DNA of 64,000 nucleotides from positions 12,723,872 to 12,787,871 of the forward strand of contig NC_057719.1 of the NCBI RefSeq assembly GCF_004010195.1, given 5' to 3'. This stretch comes from Chiloscyllium plagiosum. Its lineage: Eukaryota. Below, in pieces: positions 60,661 through 64,000 of this stretch (position 1 is the stretch's first letter; each line of letters begins with the position of its first letter). A model generated the notes under the pieces. The model was not told the origin of the DNA and searched no databases. It saw only the letters and a program-made list of their open reading frames with translations. The translations under genes were made by a program, and so were the position numbers.

Positions 60661-61049
60661 TGGCCTAGCCATAATGTTACTGGACTAGTAATCTAGAAGC
60701 CAGGCTAATGCCCCGGGGATGGCAGCTGATGGAATATAAATTCAATTAATAAATCTGGAATTGAAATTAGTAAGGGTGGCCGTGAAACTGAAGGAAATCT
60801 GCTTTCCCTACCTGCTCCTGACATGTGACTCCAGACCCACAACAGTGCACTTGACTCTCAATTGCCCTCTGAAAAGGCTTAGTAAGCCTTTCAGTTTAAC
60901 AGAAGAGCATCAAATGCTGGTTTTGATGATGATGCTCCCCTTCCTTGAAAGAGGATAAATAGACAAACACAGATATACAGCAATGTCAAATGCATAAACA
61001 AAACTTCAGGCTAAACTCACTTTTGGCAATCTGTTCTGAGAACTGAAAT

Positions 61050-61980
61050 TAAGAACATAGGAGCAGAAATAGACCAATCCGCTCATTGGTTCTGCTTTTG
61101 CCATTCAATATGATCATTGCTGATCTGATAGTCCTCAACTCCAGTTTCCTGCCTTTTCCACAGCACCCTTGATTCCTGTACTGGTTAAAAACCTGCCTCT
61201 CCCAGATGACTCAGCCTCGGCAACCCTCTTTGGTTAAAAAAAAATTAAGTCCCCCTTTGTGAGAAGAAATTCCTCCTTGCTGAATATTCTGTGATTTAAA
61301 AATGATTCATTTAATGATAAAGAAGAATGTGCATCCTAGCACAAAGTATAGCACCATCCAGTGAGGAATGCAGCCCTGATCCTGAGTATGACTCTTAGGT
61401 TTACCAACTGAAGCAACTATGCCTGACGCTGAATAAATCATCGTGTAAGGGAATTAAGCAGAAAGCACAAGGAGAGACATCAGGCCTTATAAGAACATAA
61501 GAAATAAGAGTAGGCCGTCTGGCCCCTCAAGCCTGCTTCACCATTCAATAAGGTCGTGACTGACCTTCTCGTGGACTCAGCTCCACTTAACCACTTCTTG
61601 CCATAACCCTCAATTCCTTTACTGTTCAAAAATATATCTGTCTTTGCCTTAAACACATTCAACAGGATAGTCTCAACTGCTTCACTGGGCAGGGAGTTCC
61701 CACAGATTCACAACTCTTTGATTGAAGAAGTTCCTCCTCAACTCAGTCTTAAATCTGCTCCTACTTACTTTGAGGCTGTGCCCTTTTATTCTAGTTTCAC
61801 CGCTTCTGTTTTGTCTATTCCCTTCAAAATTTTATATGTTTCTATAAAATCCCCCCATTCTTCAAAATTTCAGTGAATATAATCCCCGTCTACTCAATCT
61901 CTCCTCATAAGCCAACCCTCTCAACTGCGCAATCAACCTAGTGAATCTCCTCTGCACCTCCTCCCTGGTGCCAATGCATT
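61050..61980 (-). mobile_element. Two old CR1 3' fragments (61050-61280, 61488-61980)
   Basis: AAGAACATAAGAAAT tails; ORF NVFKAKTDIFLNSKGIEGYG. Confidence 0.7.
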
Positions 61981-62379
61981 CTTATGAATTGTGTTTATCT
62001 GTGGGGTAATTCATAATGGCAAAATATATATTAACATGGGCGTCTACCTTCTATCAAAGCATTCTCATTACATTTTAAAACTGGTTTAGTAGATCTAGAG
62101 ATAGGTTCAGATTATGAGATCAAGTTGAATCCTATGAGCTTTTGCAAAGAGACTGCAGGTCTGGTCTTGAGCTGTTGACACTGCCATCCATGTGGGTGCA
62201 CAATTTTTATTCTGTTGGATCCTCTGGAATTTTCTTCTTCTAATCGTGAGGATCCAAGGCACAAAGCTTCACAAACCTTGCTACAGTTAAGGGGAGCAGA
62301 GATGAGGTGTATTAATAATGTGTGTGATGGCTAAGTGGATTAGGGTCCAAGTTATAGAAACCTTAGAAAGGACTGAAAC

Positions 62380-63005
62380 TCTGGTTGCCCAGTTATAGGA
62401 AGGATACAGGAAGTCTCCAGGTTACAAATGAGTCCCGTTTTTAACGCTATTCATAAGCTGAATTTGTACGTAAGTCGGAACAGATACAGGCTAATTAGTC
62501 CACCCATTCGTTAGGACGAAACATTGTCAGATCAGTTCACAAGTACGGGACGTTTGTAAGTCGGGCACTTGCAACCCGGGGACTTCCTGTATTATTAAGT
62601 TGGAGAGGGTTCGGATGTTGCTGGGTATGGAAGGTTTGCGTTATAAAGAATAGCTGCATAGACTGGGGAGCATTGGAGGTTGAGAGGTGATCTTATAGAA
62701 GTTTATAAAATCAGAGCGGTGGAGATAGGGTTAATGGTAGGTATATCTTCCCTGGGATGGGGGGGCGGGTCAAAGACTGGGGGCAAAGTTTTAAGATGAC
62801 AGGAGAGAGATTTTGAAAAGATCATGAGTGGTACAAATTTTTACACAGGGTGGTTTGTAAATAGAATGAACTTCCTGAGGAAGTCATGGATATGGGTACA
62901 GTTACAACGTTTAACAAACATTTGGATAAGTACATGAATAGGAAAAGTTTGGAGGGATATGGGCACTGATTGGACCGAAGGTCTGTTTGCTTGCTGTATG
63001 ACCTA
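62380..63005 (+). mobile_element. CR1 3' fragment
   Basis: LRGDLIEVYKI-type coding remnant and 3' UTR. Confidence 0.7.
62407..62589. mobile_element. Tc1/mariner (Tigger/pogo-like) MITE, 183 bp
   Basis: TIRs CAGGAAGTCTCCAGGTTACAA / TTGCAACCCGGGGACTTCCTG; TA TSD at 62405-62406 and 62590-62591; host CR1 (AGGAAGGATA|TTATTAAGTTGGAG) rejoins. Confidence 0.85.
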
Positions 63006-63470
63006 TAATTCTGTGGCATGGATTCCAGTCAGAAGGAAGCCATTCTCCTCCATTACATCAGCAGGAGGTGATAAGTTCTGAGCATAGACATTGCTCTGTA
63101 AATACATTCAAAATTTAAGTATCTTAACATAGGGTTAAAAATAGGAGCAAGTCAACTATTCAGCTGCTCAAACCTGCTCCATCATTCAATACAATTACAG
63201 CTGATCAACAGCCTCAACTGCACTTTGTCACCCATTTCTCAAATTCCTCAATTTTCCAACTCTCTCAGCCTTAAGTGTATTTAAAGATAAAGCATTTGGG
63301 ATAGTGAATTTGCAAAGATTCACAAGGCTTTGAGTGAAGAAACTTCTCCTCATCTCAGCCATACATGATTGGTCCCTTATCCTGAGCCTTTGTCCGCAAT
63401 GAAAATAACCTCCCCACTGTGTGCATTCAGTATCTTGAATGTTCCAGTATAACCTCCTCTCAACTTTCTA

Positions 63471-63770
63471 TGGGCAGCACGGTGGCACAGTGGTTAGCAC
63501 TGCTGCCTCATAGCGCCAGGTTCAATTCCCGCCTCAGGCGACTCTCTGTGTGGAGTTTGCACATTCTCCCCGTGTCTGTGGGTTTGCTCCGGTTTCCTCC
63601 CACAATCCAAAAATGTGCAGGTTAGGTGGATTGGCCATGCTAAATTGCCTGTAGTGTTAGGTGGAGGGGTAAATGTCGGGGAATGGGTCTGGGTGGGTTG
63701 CGCTTCGGCTGGTCGGTATGGCCTTGTTGGGCCGAAGGGCCTGTTTCCACACTGTAAATAATCTAATCTA
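63471..63770 (+). mobile_element. HE1 SINE
   Basis: Consensus head and TAATC tail. Confidence 0.9.
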
Positions 63771-64000
63771 AATGCACGAGAATCTAAAGCACAATTTACT
63801 GAGACTCCCATCATAGGAAAAGCCTCTTCCTAGGTATCTAGTAAACCCTTTCTGCCCTGCCTCAAATCCAAGTATGATGTATCCTTCCTTAACCGTAGAG
63901 ACCAAAACTGCACTTGATATTTCAAGATAGCCTGACCATAGCCCAGTGGAATTGTAGCTAGACTTTCTTATTTCGGTCTTCCAGTCTCTTGTAATAAAAG

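Larger units (their letters stand above)
51003..64000 (+). other. VSX2: VSX2 intron 1 (continues beyond window)
   Basis: GT donor at 51003. I found no sequence encoding the expected exon 2 peptide (DSEDVSSSDRK...KKRKKRRHR) or homeodomain downstream. Confidence 0.65.

Overview
Vertebrate genomic DNA, almost certainly from an elasmobranch (shark): it is dense in HE1-type tRNA-derived SINEs and CR1/HER1-type LINEs. The only host gene I can support is VSX2 (CHX10). Its first coding exon is at 50585-51002 (+), with a CpG-rich promoter, about 50 kb of upstream intergenic DNA containing homeodomain-motif islands (candidate retinal enhancers), and at least 13 kb of intron 1. Exon 2 is not visible. 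Most of the rest is nested, decayed mobile DNA: CR1, Rex1/Babar, Penelope-like elements whose terminal repeats carry hammerhead-ribozyme cores, a solo LTR and a Tigger-like MITE. The most unusual object is at about 42460-46280. It is an internally deleted Tx1-clade retrotransposon (ZCCHC3-like triple zinc-knuckle ORF1 joined directly to the C-terminus of ORF2) that begins with about 55 nt of U1 snRNA. Its poly(A) is followed by ATTGCACT, the U1 motif just downstream of where the head stops, suggesting a U1-targeted or U1-driven element family. There are two N gaps (4908-5608, 55034-55160). All family assignments come from recalled motifs, not database searches, and repeat boundaries are approximate.
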